From contig NC_042997.1 of NCBI RefSeq assembly GCF_006345805.1, positions 25,854,001-25,918,000 of the forward strand: 64,000 nucleotides of DNA, read 5' to 3'. This DNA is from Octopus sinensis. Its lineage: Eukaryota. Position numbers and translations under genes: made by a program. The notes beneath the pieces are model-generated. The model was not told where the DNA came from. It saw only the letters and a list, made by a program, of their open reading frames with translations, and did no database searches. The number at the start of each line of letters is the position of its first letter. Position 1 is the first letter of the stretch. Below, in pieces: positions 1 to 14,504 of this stretch.

Positions 1-70
1 CCATCAAATGGATAAATATCTGAATTAAACTATTACTCGCTGTGCTAGCGTAATTTTCTGGTAATATATG

Positions 71-145
<75 letters not shown>

Positions 146-669
146 TATATAGCAGGTGATCTATTTTGGTAATTGTGGAAGGGCACTGTGTCTGTCTTCT
201 CTGAGGAACCGTTGATAAACTTTAAATGATCCGTCAGTAGATACCAACTTCTTGTTTCCGTACATTAAAAGCATTGAAATAATTTTCATTTCATATTGCA
301 CATTTTGTTTCGAGCGTTTCTTGACATGCATATAAATACTTGAATATATTCAATAAATATTTAGTCTAATTTCCATATTCACTCTCTAACCATGAATCCG
401 AAAAAGTATTTTTCTGCTCTGAGGGCGGAGCGAAATATATTTTACCTGACATACACTATTTTGAAATGTTGTGAGTTACCTAACAATCTTTATTTAAATC
501 TGTCAAGTATATCTGTAATATACACAGAACAATTTATTGAAGCATTGCACAGTAGTTTTTATTAGAGTACACACAACAGACGCACATATGTGTGTATATA
601 TATACATATACATACATACATACATATATATATATATATTATATATATATATATATATATATTATATAA

Positions 670-710
<41 letters not shown>

Positions 711-830
711 TTATATATATATTCATTTATTTATATATATATAGTTGAAATTTATAGAAAAACAAAAGGCGAAGACAGGTGTATGAGCAACAAGCAGGTG
801 TATTTGTTTTACGCTCGGGTAAGTGAGGAA

Positions 831-868
831 GTCTTTACGCTTCAAGCCTACGCTCTTCAACAGAAAGG
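831..868 (-). ncRNA. Degenerate minimal type I hammerhead-like motif in a Penelope-like repeat remnant
   Basis: Minus strand reads CTTT-CTGTTGA-A-GAGC-GTAG-GCTT-GAAGC-GTA-AAGAC. Stem I and stem II can pair, but the core deviates from CUGANGA/GAAA. Confidence 0.45.
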
Positions 869-2429
869 AATATGAGGTAATAAAGAAAGAAAGAATAAAA
901 TAAAACCTTGTGTAATTAGCGGTCAAGAATGGCGACTATATATATACATATATATGCAGTATATGTGTATACTCGCATATATGTGTGTTTGTGTATGTGT
1001 TTCTGTATATGTGTATGCGTGTGCGTGTGCATACATGTCATTCACAATGGATATATATTTAGATAAATGGATTGTTCTGGGTGTATAAATGACGTCTTTC
1101 AGCTCCATGAATGCATTTGTCTTACAATAATATGCACAAATATGGACTCCCGAAGCAAATTATAAAGCCACAAGAACTATTCATAGTATCTCAGCCGAAA
1201 TTATGATTCCCAGAGTATCCACATTAAAATTGTAGAATAGCAACCAAATGACACCTACCCCAAATCAACCTGAAACTATCCTGTCTGATCAACTAATGCT
1301 GTCTGATCAACATACGTGTCTACATACATTCTTTCGTGAATCCTAAGCCCGAACACAGACCGACTTTATTTACAAAGATCGTTGTGAACTAAATTTGATA
1401 CATCTGTTTACAGCTTTGTGTCCACTGTTCACTGAAACATAAACTGTGAAAATATTTCAACATCAAACCCAGGTAAATCTCTTCACCATAATTTTATGTC
1501 AGCCACACACTCTACAAACACATACTTTCTTCCACTAGATTTTTATCCCATTACTTATACGCATACATTCCTGCTCTACGTACACCATGCATAATTATCA
1601 TTCACATAGAACAGTCAATATATTATTTGTATATGCGTGAAAATACACACCTGCGCATATGTTCTAACGTTCATAGTACAAGTAACGAGCATATCCTACG
1701 ATATATGACGAGTGATAACAAAACTGCCCGGATGCGTGGATGACAATGATATAGACGATAAGGACAAGTTGATGACGTTTAATACACTCACAACTAAAAA
1801 TACGGTGATGACGGATTTTGAGAATGATAATGTTAACAGGGGTGAAGGCGACGATATCAATGCAGTGATCGTTATGATATTATCTCTAACTCAATCAAGT
1901 CTGTGTTATAATCATCAAAATAAGGGAGAGTGATAGAATGAAAAAAGTGGAGTATGCGAGGGTGAGATACAGAGAAGAAACAGAACTGGGTAGTTGATGA
2001 AATATAAAATAGGGACGTGGATAACAAAAGAAAAATGGTTTAGTTTCTTTCCTTTCCTTTTTTTTTCTATGTTTTGCAGTTTTTAGCATGCATGACCCTT
2101 TATCTCAAAGAGGACAACGACAAATTTGTTTTAAAAATATTTTTCATTACATATTTAATTATATATTTTTGTTTTATCGAGGCCTTGTTTTCATTTTATT
2201 TATTAGTGTTTAATTGTTCTGCTTACATATATTCATATTTATATATCTCATGCAAATATAATGCCTATCACCACCGCCACCAACATCACTACCACTATAA
2301 AAACTATGGTAAATGCAAATTTCGACTTCATATTCGAAATAAAGTGCACATGGGACACACAGGAAGGCACACAGTCACACCCACTCTCGTTTATATAAAT
2401 ACAAACTTGCATACAAACATACATAAAAT

Positions 2430-2730
2430 ATATACATATTTTATATATATACGTATATATATATATATATATATATACTATATATATATATATACATAGA
2501 TATAATATATATTATATACATATATATATATATATATACTCGCGCCACATGCCCATATTATATGCATATATATATATAATATATATATATATATATAGAT
2601 TGATAGATAGATATAAACATATATATATATATATATGTATGTATTAATGTATGTATGTATGTATGTATGTATGTATAGACGCGCTGGCACGTGTGTGTGT
2701 GAGTGTGTGTATTTCTATGCATATATACAT
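2430..2730. repeat. (TA)n/(TATG)n/(TG)n compound microsatellite; representative of dozens (e.g. 540-745, 5475-5850, 7480-7815, 9398-9510, 11030-11180, 24340-24805, 44980-45100, 53990-54285, 58030-58300, 60610-60866)
   Basis: Directly visible simple repeats. They account for the [12 protein letters not shown] ORFs. Confidence 0.97.
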
Positions 2731-3284
2731 ACACACACGCTCACTTATATATCATTATTAGTCTTTTATAAGACCTTCGAAGTTACTTAGTCTTCATCCG
2801 ACTGTGATTTGTGTAGACTCAGATTTCGAAACCAACGTTCATTCTAATCCTGTAAGTAAATAAAAAAAGATATACGCTACAACAAAGTATTCAGCAATCC
2901 TTTAGTTCAACGTAAAAAAATCTATTTTCTTATAACTCGACTTAAAAGCTATAATTAATATACCTATACATTTGCAGTAATATATTAATACAGAGCCAAA
3001 CACACACACATATTTACATATAGGCATGCATACAGTGACAAACGCAAGCATATACACATTCACGAATATAAATGGGTTTATTGGTGAAACAAAGACAAAA
3101 GAACTAAATACCTGAAAGGTAGTAGTTTTGTCAACTCAGAAGTGATGTGTACAACAAAAAGGTTGAGAATGTTGTCCATTGCAATCTCCATTTTGATGCG
3201 GGCAATGTTCCAAATTCTCATCTCTTGAGTCTCTAATAAACGCTTGCAGCCAGCCGAACACACACAAACACAAACGCACCCGCA

Positions 3285-3329
<45 letters not shown>

Positions 3330-3467
3330 ACACACACACACAAACAGGCAAACACATATATACAATCATATAGATTCGAAAGAAACTTGCGTTGGTCTGC
3401 GACGGCAAAACTTATATTATTTAGAAAATTCAACAAAAAATTACACCGATTCTCTGTGGGGAATAAT

Positions 3468-3505
3468 AAAGCCGACGTTTCTGTTATAGCCCTTCTTCAG
3501 GAATG
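3468..3505 (-). ncRNA. Degenerate hammerhead-like motif
   Basis: Minus strand reads CTGAAGA-A-GGGCTATAACA-GAAAC-GTC. The core is intact but stem II is broken. Confidence 0.35.
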
Positions 3506-4879
3506 AGTTGAAAGGAATAAAATTAAAGAGAGTTTTTTTTTTTTTTTACATCTCACTCATACATAATGTAACACTGGCAATATACAACAAAAATGTTATA
3601 ATCAAATGGTGTCTTTTCAATAATAAGCCGCAAGTCAATAAATTGTGTAGAAGCTGTGATTGAACTCTGGGATTTGCACAAAATTCAAAAGCATAGATGA
3701 ATAACATAAATGATATCAAACTATAGGATTAAAAAATAAATTCTGGATTGTAATGTTAGCAATACTCTCATTGCCCCTGCCAGCAATAAAGAAGCAGCGT
3801 TATAATTGTTGTTGGTGCATCCAGAAGATATATTTTTACCCCATGGTCTCATAGGATGATATGTAAAATCTTTGGCTAAAAATTACTAAAACACAGTCGT
3901 GTTTTCAATACGACGTGCAAAGCTTCGCTCCCTCCCTCTCACTTCCTCTCTCTTCCTCTCTCCCTCTCTCTCGTGTATTTATGCTTTCGGTATTTTTTTT
4001 AAAATATATGTGCACACACACATATATACTCGTCTACACATACACGCAGACACGCACACACATATCTATACATATATGTATAGATGCAAACATATATATG
4101 TACGTGTGTGTGCGTGCGTGCGTATATATAATGCACGCGTACAATGTATACATGTATGAATGTATTTTTCTTTGTGCAAGTGTACGTGTGTATATATACG
4201 CAATGTTTGGTTGTAAATACATACATATGTGAACCACTTAGTTTTGAGTAATACACGCATACGGTGTTTCATATTTCAGAGAAAATAAGGAACCAAACCC
4301 ACATCAACGCACATCTACCCACATCGAATCACCCATATACACTTATATCATAAGTGGTTGGAACCAACTAATTATCGTATTTCTTTCTCTTCTTCAAGCG
4401 ATATATTCCTCTTCAACGTCAATACTCAACTCATACAAGTGTATGTATGTATGTATGTCTGAATCTATTAACATACATATATAAGAAAGTATACGTGTTA
4501 TGTTTGTGTTTATAAGTTATTTTTGTCGTGTGTCTGAACGTGATTACGTGTGCAGCGGCGTGTTGTGTGTCGTTTAAATATTGTTGTTTGTGTGTTTGCT
4601 GTGTTAAGGTCAAGTAAGAACGGCAAGAAAGAAAACACAGTCAGTTGTTTTCGTCAACACTTATAGCGAAGCAAACCACGCTTTATCCCTCCGATATGCT
4701 GATATAACGATCAGTTTTACGAGACTCTAGTGGTTAGTTGTATAATAGCTGCAGGACATGGCCGAAACAAGCAGCTCCAAGAATGGTGGTGTTGTTTTCT
4801 TGTACTTCGTGAATAAGGGTGAAGACTGCAAAGATAATATCAGTGGGGGCGCAGAAGGGGATGGAGAAAGAGGAGCTGG

Positions 4880-5547
4880 GAGACAGGAGTGATAGAGGAA
4901 GGTAAAGATAACAAATACGAAAAACAAAAGGGAAGTCGAAGCAAGAGTAAAAAAAGAAGAAAAAAGCAAAAGAAATTGTAAAAGATTAAGAAAAATAAGA
5001 GAAGGAAAGAGAATTCAGATAGAGGAAATATAAGAAAAATGAAGAGACGAAAATAGAAGGAAATAGAAGGGAAAATTGAGAAAAGGGTTAAGAAGACCGA
5101 GAGGAAACGAGTAAATGTGAGAGAAGGGATCAGTAGATTTATCTTTATAGATAGGGTATTACAATGAGCTGGTAATTCTGGATTTACAGATACTGGCTGA
5201 GGTTTGTCATTAGATGAAAATGAATGAGGGAGCATATGAGTGAAAGAAATAAGAGGAAGAAACGAGGGAGTAAATTAAAAGAAGGATTATGTGACTTAAA
5301 GCGCCACTATATGTAGAGATAAAAAAAAAATGTGTGAGACAATGACAGTGTAAGATAGACGATATGAAAAGTGATTCGGAGTTTGAAAGAGAACGAGTGA
5401 GAATGAAAAAGAAATTTAAAGTAGAAGGGAGGAAAAGAGTCAGTACAATAAACTTACAAATTTTATAAATATCTATGTGTGTGTGTCTGTGTGTGCTTCT
5501 ATGCATACACGCACAAACACACATACACACACACACACACACTCATA

Positions 5548-5585
<38 letters not shown>

Positions 5586-5697
5586 TATATATACATATAT
5601 ACACATATATACATATATAACATATATACATATATATATATATACCCATATATATATATATACATATATATATACACACACACATATATATATATAC

Positions 5698-5739
<42 letters not shown>

Positions 5740-6412
5740 TATATATATATTATATACATATACATGCCACAAACACACACACACATATATATATATACAT
5801 ATATATGTACATATATATATATATATTATATATATATATATATATATAAAATGTATACATGAATATATGTATATATGTACAATCACCCACACAGGCAACC
5901 TGTGTGTGGAGGGAGTGGGGAAGGGGGAGTGATAGAGAAAGTAACAGAAAACAAATACTAAAAAATGCGAAACAAAAATAAAACGACCAAGGAGAGATCG
6001 AAGTAAGAGTAAACAAGAAGCAAATGAGAAGATGATGAAGAAAGCTGGGTGAAGTGAGAAAAAGAATTCAGGTGGAGAAATTTATAAGAACGAAGAGAAG
6101 AATAAGATGATCGTAGAAGGGAAGATACAGAAAATAGGACATGAAGGTGGAGGTGAAGATACAGAAAATAGGACATGAAGATGAAGGAGAAATGAGTAAA
6201 TGTGAGGGAAAGGAACAGTAGCTATATTAGGATATTACAGTGAACAGGCGTTGGAGTGGCTGTGTGGTAAGTAGCTTGCTCATGAACCACATGGTTCCCG
6301 GTTCAGTTCCACTGCGTAGCACCTTCGGCAAGTGTCTTCTATTATAGCCTCGTGTCGACCAAAGTTGATTTGGTAGACGGAAACTGAAACAAGCCCGTCA
6401 GAATATATATAT

Positions 6413-6446
<34 letters not shown>

Positions 6447-6900
6447 TATATATACATATGTGTGTGTGTTTGCGTGTGTGTGTCTGTGTTTGTCCCCCCA
6501 ACATCGCCTGACAACCGATACTAGTGTGTTTACGTCCCCGTAACTTAGCGGTGCGGCAAAAGAGGCCGATAGAACTAGGCTTACAAAGAATAAGTCCTGG
6601 GGTCAATTTGCTCGACTAAAGCCGTTGATCCAGCATGGCCACAGTCAAATGACTGAAACAAGTAAAAGAGTAAAGAGTAAAGAGAATGTTGTACTAACAT
6701 GGAGTAACAGATAAAAGTAAAGTTTTGTTATTAGATGAAAACGTATATAAGAGTATAAAAGAAGACAAAGAATGAAAGGGTAGGCGAGAGAAAGAACAAT
6801 TATGAGACTAAAAGTGCCGCTATGTGTAGAGATAGAGAAAGAATGACAGTGACAGAGAGATGAAGAGACGATGCAAGGAGGTCTTTGGCGTTTGAGATAG
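4880..6900 (+). repeat. Old diverged direct duplication of a purine-rich unit (about 4880-5420 vs 5920-6900)
   Basis: Collinear anchors: aacaaatac, tcgaag(c/t)aagagtaaa, gagtaaatgtgag, ttagatgaaaa, aaag(c/t)gcc(a/g)cta..tgtagagata, aatgacagtg. The second copy is split by a SINE. Confidence 0.6.
6246..6684 (+). mobile_element. tRNA-derived SINE family B, full length, with internal (TA)n/(TG)n
   Basis: Head gtggctgtgtggtaag...ggttcagttcc (Pol III A/B-box-like), an internal microsatellite, and tail cagcatggccacagtcaaatgactgaaacaagtaaaagag. Multiple copies occur in the window. Confidence 0.9.
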
Positions 6901-7528
6901 AACAGGAAGGAATGGAAGCGAAACTTCATGAGGGAATGGTCAGTGCTTAAATCTCATATACATATACATACACACGTACATACATACGAAACGCTCGCAC
7001 GCTTTTCATACACACACGCAAATACAAAGAGACAACGATCAGGCACAAAAGAGAAACGGAAAGAATTTCAATGATAAACCGCAGTCCAACTGTGCAAATA
7101 GGCAATAATTGGAAGTTTGTGTCATATTCACGCTTAACTAACAAGTACCAATTGAAAATGAGCATGAGATTACTGAGGCAGTCGTTGATAGATATGAGTG
7201 AACACTATTGATTCCATCATTCGCTTCACCTCAAGTTAAAATACTGTTTTAATACAACACTCAGAGACAACATGTTCGTTGTCCTCATCTGATTCTTTAC
7301 TTGACTGCTAATGATTAGCAGAATCGCAATTAGAAAATTCGTAGCCAACTGTGTAAGGATAAATAAAACCAATTTAATACATGAGGCAATTGTAAAAGAT
7401 TGTGTTTTATACAATCGCTTCGTGTTCAAGAAACATGTTCATTGCCGTTAACTGACGGCTTTAAAGGCAACATATATATAAGGATAGACATATATATATA
7501 TATATATATATTATATTATATAACATAC

Positions 7529-7617
<89 letters not shown>

Positions 7618-7761
7618 GAAAGAAGGTTTGAAAATGCAATTTAAAAGATGTTTATTTACTTTACCGGTTTCACTCTTTGGAAAAAGATTGTCAAATGTGG
7701 AAGTTTGTTTGCGTTAATTATTGTTGTTGCAAATTGCTACATTACATATATATATACAGTC

Positions 7762-7816
<55 letters not shown>

Positions 7817-7994
7817 GTGGAATGGGATTTACATATTATTGTTTATTTTAGTATATACATGTTATATCCTTGTAACTAATTTTACATTAAGCTTATATAC
7901 ACATGTAGCCAATTTATATGTATGTAACCAAGTTAACATTAAATTGAAACGGACACAGTCAAGACAATTGAAAAGGTTGCAATCGAAACGAAAA

Positions 7995-8180
7995 TTTTGG
8001 GGAAAATAAGAAATAAGGGGAAATTTTAGCAGTGAGTGTTTTACATTATAAGGCACAAAAAGAAAATGACTCTCCCCAGACACAACGGAATATGCTTCAA
8101 CACACGAACTCATATAAAGAATCTTGCAAACCAAAAACAAAAACAAAAAAAACACACAGTTAAATTGAAAGATTACTCAA
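7995..8180 (+). repeat. Unclassified dispersed repeat (also at 59515-59785)
   Basis: The string ataaggcacaaaaagaaaatgactctccccagacacaac...ttcaacacacgaactc..ataaagaatcttgcaaacc recurs inverted at 59560-59650. Confidence 0.85.
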
Positions 8181-8388
8181 TACTTATTTTTAGTAGAACA
8201 CATGTTTATTACACATTTACATTTAAAGAAAAATTGACAGTGATTTCGAAGATTTGGTGACCTCGCATAACGAAGTAATCAAGCCGAATCTTCGAAGATA
8301 CTCACAATCCTAGTAATACTTTAATACATATATATGTGTGCATACATATGTATATAAGTGTGTATGTGCGCGCGCGCATGCGTATGTA

Positions 8389-8439
<51 letters not shown>

Positions 8440-8451
8440 GCATGTATGTAT

Positions 8452-8648
8452 ATGTTTGTGTGTCTATGTTTGTCCGCCCCAACCGCACTTGCTGGTGTGT
8501 TTACGTCCCCGTCACTAGCGGTTCGGCAAGAGAGACCGATAGAATAAGTACTAGGCTTACAAAGAATAAGTCCTGGGGTCGATTTGATCGAATAAAGGTG
8601 GTGCCCCAGCATGGACGCAGTCAAATGACTGAAACAAATAAAAGAATA
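8452..8648 (+). mobile_element. SINE B, 3' half
   Basis: Matches 6480-6665, including the cagtcaaatgactgaaac tail. Confidence 0.9.
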
Positions 8649-8666
8649 TATATATATACACACATA

Positions 8667-8925
8667 CTCTTTACACTTTTACTTGTTTCAGCCATGTGGC
8701 TGCAGACATACTGGACCACCACCAGGGTCTTTCTGGTTTCCTCAGTCTGGGGTGTTTCACATCATCACTCCTGTATGTGCTTTTTCCCAGATGTTGTTCC
8801 ACCTTGAGCATAAAAGAGTTTGATTTTGCTGCCCTCGTATGCACCTCATATCGGGTCGTTGGTTCATCTGGTATTGTGAAGTGGAGGATGTCTAGTTACT
8901 TCTGAAGACTAGTCGTAACTTGCCT
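8667..8925 (-). mobile_element. CR1-group LINE 3' end (ORF2 C-terminus plus 3' UTR)
   Basis: Minus-strand translation LDILHFTIPDEPTTRYEVHTRAAKSNSF aligns with LDIFLSRVPDEPTSRQKVQMRVAISNSI of the 23151 ORF. Ends in cagccacatggctgaaacaagtaaaagtgtaaagag. Confidence 0.8.
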
Positions 8926-9031
8926 GCAGAGCCTGTGCACAGACAGGCGAAACTCGGAGTAGCAAGCGACATTAATCTGTCTCTATTATAGTATTGCATA
9001 CTTTTTCTTCCTACAAACAACACAAAAAAAA

Positions 9032-9063
<32 letters not shown>

Positions 9064-9392
9064 CTAAATCCGATTATAGAATGAATGTTTATAGTGTAGC
9101 GCTGGACATCTAATTCAGAAAAGATAAAAACGAAATACTGCAATTCTCCGGCAATAATCTACGGGCAGCTCTAGTAAAATACGCAGAATGAAATCAGATC
9201 ATTGCATTCTCCAATCTCAGTCTCATAAAAGAAAAAAAAATGAAAAAAGAACTGTAAATTTTTAAACAGCAAAAATATATACATTAGTTGATATTTTTTT
9301 GCAATAATATTCATACGAATGTGTCGAGTTACCAAAATAGCAAAATAATCTGTAGAATTTTAGCTCGGTCAATCTCTTTTCGCTTCCCCCTG

Positions 9393-9486
<94 letters not shown>

Positions 9487-11062
9487 GTATATATATATGT
9501 ATATATAACGTGAGAGAGAGAAAGAGATATAGCGCCATAGTTGCGTACATTTACAAGTATAGAGAATGATGAATAGTTTGATAATGATATATATTTTTTA
9601 TTGTTTGACATTCATTTATATAAGTATCAATTCACATATACTCATGTACAAACATACACGCATATATGCGCATGTACATACGTACTCGTACTCACACTCA
9701 GAAATATTCCTATACGTATTCATGTTTGTTTATATATTTGTATGCGTGCACACACACACACACATATATATATATATGAGTGTGTGTGTGTGTGTGTATG
9801 TGTGTGTGTGTGTGTGTGTTTATGTGCGAATGTATTTGTGTACATAAATACTGGGAAGATATATGTATGTAATAATAATAATAATATCATAAACTAAAAC
9901 AAAAACGAGAAAAATGTACAAGATTCAATCTGAAATTATAAATAATAATGTCATAAAAATGCCTTTGGAGACGTTGTGTAAATGGCTGGAAAAGTTTCCG
10001 AATTTAATACAATATACGGGGGAATGGTGAACAGATCACTATCATCTTAGTAGAGTATGAGAACAGAACAGGAAAGAGCAGAAGTGAATAGAACATTAAA
10101 ACAAGTGTATAGTATAGACGCGAAATGTGAATTGAAACGAAGTCTTATATGTCACCCAATCACCATGATGTGTCACAAGCGTCCTACTCTAATCAGTTTA
10201 GGACGAATTAGATAGTATAAACATGAGTAGAAAACAAGGCAAATATCACGAAATCAATAAGGCCTCCTCATGAAACGAACTCAAATTTCACGCTTCAGCT
10301 TATTATCAATAATCGCATTACTGTACACCCTGGACGATATCTAGACGTAAAATGCCTTTCTCATCATCACACAGGCTGTTTCCAATTTTTCTCCCACACC
10401 GCACCTCTCTTCACCGTTAGCACCTCTTAACATGTCAAAAATCACTAACTCTCTTTCTTTACTATCTCTTTTTCTATTCCGTTTCTCTCTTCCAATATTG
10501 ATAGTTTCTTTCTTTACCTCTCTCACCACCTCACCTCTTTCTCTCTCTCTCTCTCTCTTATTGAATTTTGTCTATTTAATAAGCCTTTTGCTATCATTTT
10601 GCCTTTCTTTCTCATTATGCTTCTTTCTTGACGTTTACCTCGGTATTATTTTCTAGCTGTATCTTTTTTACATCCTACCTTTTAACATTTGCTCCATCTC
10701 TACCTCATTTTTTCACCAGTCTTTCTCCCTTTTTTTTTCCTCCTATTATATGTTTTCAATCTTTTGTGTTTTTGTCTTGGCACCACTTTACTATTGTTTT
10801 TTTCCTTCTTTCTTCTTTTCTTTCTTTCTATCGCTCATTTCTGTTCCCGTCTTTTTGTTTTTTCGTTTGCTACATTATTTGCCTGTTCGTTTTCAGCTCT
10901 AGCAAGTTATATTTCCTGTGTGAAATATATAGTTATAGAACTACTAATAAAATACACCTAATTTATCTACTTTTCTGTGAATTATTTCTTTCTCTTTTAT
11001 CAATGTATACAGAGAAATATATACACATATACATATATATATATACATACATATATATATAT

Positions 11063-11117
<55 letters not shown>

Positions 11118-11121
11118 TATA

Positions 11122-11185
<64 letters not shown>

Positions 11186-11994
11186 TATGTATACCTTTGT
11201 TTCTTGTACTTCACATTTCTGGAAAAATATCCGAGGAATAAACTTGCTATTCCACTCCTAACGAGAAAACAATTAAAAAGAATACACACATAAAGACAAA
11301 GCAATACGAAAATGGATTGTTTTCAACAACGATTAAATTTACCGTATTATCACCGACTAGCCCTCACCATCAAACAACACACCAACCACCGAGTCAACCA
11401 CCCAAAGCAATTACCAAACTTTTCTACAGTTTCGTTTACTGTCTTTGGATTTTTCTTTACACTCAAGATGGTGTTTAAAACCCGTTCACACATTCTAGCT
11501 TTCTAACTTCTTCATTTACACTAAAAATTATCGGAAAAGCTATACTTTGCTAAACATCAATTTCAGAAAAGTTACTGCCGAAGTATAGTGAATGATAAAG
11601 ATAAGATTCAGCAGTTAGTATTTAAAGTTCTCGATCTGGCGTTCAAATTTCATCAGTGACGACCTAGTCTTTGGAGATAATACAATTGATAATTTTACTC
11701 TATATATTTGTGTTTACGTATGTGGTTATGTCTGCGCACGCGTGTGTGTGTGGCATAAATTTAATGTGGGCAGCTGGACGCAATATAAACAATATAGGCA
11801 AAATTTAGCCGTTACTAATTGTGATTACATTTACTTTATAGCACATATATTCCTAGAAATAAGAGTTAAAAGTTAAACCACCTTTAGCTGCGTAAAAACA
11901 CATTTTTATATACTGACAGAGTAAATAACTGCCCCATGAGCGAAAACCAGATCGTTCGACTGCACGATTTAACCTTAAATTTCGGGATTTTCTT

Positions 11995-12362
11995 TATTCT
12001 TGTATTTTTTTCAGTCATTTGACTGTGACCATGCTGGATCATCGCATTCAGTGAAACAAATCAACCCCAAAACTTATTCTTTGTAAGCCTAGTATTTATT
12101 CTATCGGTATCTTTTGCCGAATCGCTAAGTTACGGGGACGTAAGCACACCAGCATTTGTTTTCGAGCGATGTTGGGGGACAAACAGACACACACACATAT
12201 ACGACGGGATTCTTTAAGTTTCCGTCTATCAATTCCACCCACAAGGCTTTGGTCGGCAGGAGGCTATTGTAGAAGACCCTTGCCCACGGTGCCATGCAGT
12301 AAGACTGAACCCGTAACCATGTGGTCCATAAGCAATCTACTTCCCACAAAGCCACTCCAGCG
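11995..12362 (-). mobile_element. SINE B, near full length
   Basis: Reverse complement of the 6246 element, from head (gccactccag) to tail (cagtcatttgactg). Confidence 0.9.
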
Positions 12363-12964
12363 ACTATGGTATTTTTTTCTTTTTTTTTTGTCAAATAAAC
12401 ACACGTATTCTACATTCGTTCTTTACTCCTCTATTACTGTTCTTATTATAACTAGTTTTCATTACCCGAAACACTTTTGTCACACATCTGCGTCCTCGTC
12501 TGTGTTTATGCACCGCTTAGTCCATTCCAGATTTGTGACAAAAGATTTTCAGACAATGAACACGAGTTAGAATTAACTAAGTAATAAAGGAGTGAAGAAC
12601 GAATATATAGTGCGATTGTGTATTTGAAGAAAAAAGTGACCGTCCCGAAATACAACACTATCTGTTTCAACACACGTTTTCACATCAGGAATCTAGCTAC
12701 ACAAATTCATAAACACACACACACACGCATATATGGATGAAGACTAACAGTTCGAAACTTCCAAATCACTATCAACTCTCTTCTCGCTGGAGGTATAATA
12801 AGTATGTATTCTACAGCAGTTGCTGAGTAATCTTTCAATTTAGCGTATGTTTTCTTCATTTTTATTAGGGTGGCTGGTTATTATCACTCGCCACAAAAAC
12901 AAACATGGATATATAGATGTATGTGTATCTGTGCATGCTTTTCTATGAATGTATGTATATATAT

Positions 12965-13257
12965 GTGATCACCGTGACCGACCAGGCTATCAGATGTTGC
13001 TACAAATCGCTAGTCACAATTCGCTTCGCATTGTTTTAGCCTTCAAATGACACTACTCCGCTGGCTAATAGAAGAAAGAGTGAGAGAAAGTTGTGGCGAA
13101 AGAGTACAGCAGGGGTCGCAACTACCCCTGCCGGAGCCTCGAGGAGCTTTAGGTGTTTTCGCTCAATAAACACCTACAAAACCCGGTCTGGGAATCGAAA
13201 CCGCAACCCTACGACCGCGAGTCCGCTGCCCTAACCACTGGGCCATTGCGCCTCCAC
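12965..13257 (-). mobile_element. tRNA-derived SINE family C, tail type 1
   Basis: Minus-strand head gtggaggcgcaatggcccagtggttagggcagcggactcgcggtcgtagggttgcggtttcgattccc has A box tggcccagtgg and B box ggtttcgattcc. About 190 nt are shared with 16150-16341. Confidence 0.88.
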
Positions 13258-13890
13258 TGTATATATATGTATGCATACGTAAGTATGTTTAGGTATGTTT
13301 GCGCGTATATATGTATGTGTGTATGTATATATGTATGTATGTGCGCATATATGTATATATGTCTGCATGTATGTATGTATGCATGAATGTATGTATGTAT
13401 ATATGTTTGTTTGTATAATTGATAAGAGTAGATTTCGAGAAGGAAGGGACAGTGTACGGTCATCGTAGGCGCTACGAGACCAGTGCCATAGCTATCGATT
13501 GCTCTCTGCTAAACTGTTTTAGGTGGTCATATATTTAAAAAAACATGAAAACGTAGGATATTCCAGAGTACAAGCATTCCGGGAATGAACGAGTAGATAT
13601 AGTATCAAGTGCGAACATAACGAAATACGATACTAAATATTGTTTTTCTTTATATCTCTGGAGACTAAAATATTTAAATATTTGGCAAGTGCAGTTACAT
13701 TCTGTTGCAAAGATATCAGACACCCCCCCCGCCGCAACGATTCATTGCCGTTATTGTATCTAGATGCACTTGAAACATCCGATGCTAAGTTGTAAATAGG
13801 GGCAATAGTGAAACATAAGTAGGGAACAATGATTTATACTAATGATGATCTTATTTTTCCACTATATATGCTGTAAATACACACACATAG

Positions 13891-13956
<66 letters not shown>

Positions 13957-14504
13957 AAATAATATACATAATATATATAAATATATGCATGTATACATAC
14001 ATGTATATACCTACATATATATGTATATATACATGCATATATGGGTACAGGGCATCAAAAATACGTTGAACACAATGAGAAACGAAAACAAAAACAAAAA
14101 AAAAACCAACTTTTTTTCGGACAACGAAAAAAGATACAATCAGAGAAACGAGACATAACATGAAGAATATTCCCATTCCTCTGTTGTTCCTGCTTCAACC
14201 ACTTCACGTTTCAAAGGCAGATGTGTGTGTGTGTGTGTGTAGGCATCTATGCCTATTCCAGTTTCGGAATCAATTATTTTGGATGGATTTGTTTCTTACA
14301 CTCAGGCAAGCAAAAACTTCGGTCCAGCTCCGGTTTTAAAGTTTACACACTACATATTATTCGCGATAATCACCTTTTCTGAATGCAGGCCTTAAAATCT
14401 TTGATCACTAGCAAGATTTGTGCCACGTCGTCTTAACTGAGTGAACCCCTACACCTACTCCTACAGTATACAGAAAATATTTCACAAATTATATTTATCA
14501 CAAA

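Noticed and set aside
1138-1200. Possible RT remnant (KYGLPKQIIK)
   Set aside because: Too short and degenerate to support.
13190-13257. tRNA gene (also 16275-16341)
   Set aside because: Pol III boxes are present but the acceptor stem does not close, and the head continues into a repeated SINE body.
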